DNA of 41,368 bases from a virus. Taxonomy: Duplodnaviria > Heunggongvirae > Uroviricota > Caudoviricetes. This document shows positions 39,303-41,368 of this stretch, in pieces. The translations under genes and the position numbers were made by a program. The notes beneath the pieces were generated by a model. The model saw only the letters and a program-made list of their open reading frames with translations, did not search any database and had not been told where the DNA came from. Within the stretch, counting starts at the first letter, position 1. Every line of letters begins with the position of its first letter. The DNA lies in IMG/VR virus record IMGVR_UViG_2660238423_000035; one strand, given 5' to 3'.

Positions 39303-39499
39303 GCGAGAAACCCGACGATTTACTCACCCCGGATGAAGTATGCCAAAAGTTAGGTATTACACAGAAAACGCTATGTGAGTGGAATATTAAGCATCGTCAT
39401 CGGGCTATCCTGGCACCAATTCGTTTCAGTGCAAAAGTAGTTCGTTATGAGCGCCGAAATGTCGACGCTTTTATTCAAAAATGTCGCAGCCAGTATTAA
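39299..39499 (+). CDS. Excisionase / AlpA-like DNA-binding protein
   Basis: 66 aa, small HTH protein (…LTPDEVCQKLGITQKTLCEW…) adjacent to and convergent with integrase. Confidence 0.6.
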   Translation: MSEKPDDLLTPDEVCQKLGITQKTLCEWNIKHRHRAILAPIRFSAKVVRYERRNVDAFIQKCRSQY

Positions 39500-40899
39500 C
39501 CTCGCCGCCGTAGCAATGCCACCTGCGCAAGTATGCTCCGCTCGTGAGCCTCGAAAGCTTCGCGCTTCAACGCAATCTCTTCCTGTAAAATCTCATCAGA
39601 AAAGTCGTAATGTTCTGCCATCGGGTCATCTGACTTGCTGGAGTGGTGAAGGCAAAGGAGGCTGATTTCCCTTCGGTCTGAGCGGGAATAGCCTCTTTCC
39701 TTCATCAAGGCAATAACATTGCTCTTAAGGAATTTACGGCACATCGTATTAAATGCACCGTCTTTCCCTTTAACAGTCCCATCATGTTTTATTCCTTTTA
39801 CAGCCCCGTCCGGGCTGTATGTTTTCACCAGCTTATCCAGTGATCGTTTTGAAAATGGCTGCATTGGATCACGTGGCTGCAAAAATACATAATCCCTGTT
39901 GCACTCAGGAACTGAATCACGCCAGGCTTTCTGCTCGTCGATAATCCGCCGGATCTCAGGCGTTATCGGCAGGCGGAAAGCCTTTTGTGTTTTCATAGCC
40001 CCTCGCATGCCGATAACCCCTTCCGGATAAACAATTTCACCAGCCTCCTCGTGAACGTAGTCCCAGCGCAGGTTATGGACATTAATCGGACGAACACCAG
40101 TGATGATCATGAAGCGAACAGCATTCTTCTGGTGTACAGAGGTGCAGGCAGCAACATTGAGCCAGAGTCGGGCGATTGATTCAATATCGGTAAAAAGCCG
40201 TGTGGGGGTAGGTTTCTGTACGCGGGAGGAAACATAATCATCTGGCAGACTGGCGGCAACATTGCGGCCGTTGCAAAGAGTAGGTGCGCAGAACTTCCAG
40301 AACCGACGGAGCTCGGCAAACAACTCCAGGGCGTTATTGTTCGAGCGAGTGGCGATCCACTCGTCCAGCACTTCCACCAGCCGACTGTATGTTACGTCGC
40401 TGAACACCTCGCGCTCGCCGAACGTTGATTTAATCCGGTCGATACGCACCCCGTAGGTTGTGAAACTGTCCGGGCTCAGCTTCTGACGGGCTACTTTGGC
40501 TTTGAGGTCATCCCGGTACATTTCCAGCGCTGCATGTACGGACTCTGCCCGCAGTCCACCGTCAGCCATACCTAGTGCTTTTTCGCGCGCCAGCTGGATA
40601 GCGAGCTCCGGCCACTCGCCGAGCTTTTTACCCTTGAGGCCCATCTTTTTTGGAAACTCGGCGTAAAATGTAACCTTACCGGCTTTGCTGAAATCGATAC
40701 GGAGATAGTTCTCTTTTTCGTATTTGGAACGGCGAGCCACGCCGGAAGCAGCGAGGATGATTTTGGCGGCAGCAACACAGATTTTCATGTGTGCGCTGGT
40801 ATAGGGGGGTTTACAGGCGTCCCATTTTTCAGATGCGGCTAAAACATCGTCATTATTGGGGCTATCCGGATTATGTGTTACAGTGCGCGGCATTCTCAA
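39496..40899 (-). CDS. Tyrosine site-specific integrase
   Basis: 467-aa ORF (true start may be internal); C-terminal catalytic-domain pattern with conserved Arg (…ITGVRP…), His and Tyr (…AEHYD…) candidates; terminal position next to host gene. Confidence 0.7.
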   Translation of the reverse strand: MRMPRTVTHNPDSPNNDDVLAASEKWDACKPPYTSAHMKICVAAAKIILAASGVARRSKYEKENYLRIDFSKAGKVTFYAEFPKKMGLKGKKLGEWPELAIQLAREKALGMADGGLRAESVHAALEMYRDDLKAKVARQKLSPDSFTTYGVRIDRIKSTFGEREVFSDVTYSRLVEVLDEWIATRSNNNALELFAELRRFWKFCAPTLCNGRNVAASLPDDYVSSRVQKPTPTRLFTDIESIARLWLNVAACTSVHQKNAVRFMIITGVRPINVHNLRWDYVHEEAGEIVYPEGVIGMRGAMKTQKAFRLPITPEIRRIIDEQKAWRDSVPECNRDYVFLQPRDPMQPFSKRSLDKLVKTYSPDGAVKGIKHDGTVKGKDGAFNTMCRKFLKSNVIALMKERGYSRSDRREISLLCLHHSSKSDDPMAEHYDFSDEILQEEIALKREAFEAHERSILAQVALLRRRG

Positions 40900-41098
40900 T
40901 CCTTATCTGCGTAGGCGCAGAAAACAAGCTCACACATACAAGTCTTTTCTACGGGACAAAATGCAATGTGTTGCGGTTTTGTGTTGCTGGACTGAGTTTA
41001 TCAAGGTTAAATACACTGGATCAACATACAGTAAGTTAATGACAGTAAAGCATACAAACTCGATACAACTTACTGATTTTAAAATGATTTAACGGTAA

Positions 41099-41368
<270 letters not shown>

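Overview
The window is almost entirely one temperate, mosaic prophage of an enterobacterial (E. coli-like) chromosome, about 41 kb, with host DNA only at the far right (yfhL-type ferredoxin, 41108-41368). Nothing was computed; all calls come from reading the ORF translations and the sequence by eye. Hand-read motif coordinates are approximate (about +/-2 nt), because at a few places my letter count was off by one against the ORF track. Layout, right to left: integrase and Xis (39.3-40.9 kb); a plus-strand replication/recombination module (SNF2 helicase, VRR-NUC, DUF4406-like, family-A DNA polymerase, DUF2815 SSB-like, DUF2800 nuclease; 30.1-39.3 kb); cI/cro immunity switch (27.8-28.8 kb); then a long minus-strand block of primase-polymerase replication protein, an iteron-rich origin-like region, Q antiterminator, lambda-like lysis cassette, terminase, portal, Mu-F-like head genes, capsid, a contractile Mu-like tail with baseplate, and an e14/Mu-type invertible tail-fibre segment ending in a Gin/Pin-family invertase (1-555). 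Several low-GC or opposite-strand inserts look like cargo. My best candidate for an undescribed system is the two-gene insert with its own terminator inside the baseplate operon (5622-6793, possibly with the adjacent secreted 111-aa protein); next is the AT-rich convergent gene pair between the SSB-like gene and the polymerase (32930-34254). Also flagged: the 189-aa zinc-ribbon protein beside cI and the AT-rich membrane protein at 37285-37887. None of these cargo proteins could be assigned to a known family from sequence alone.
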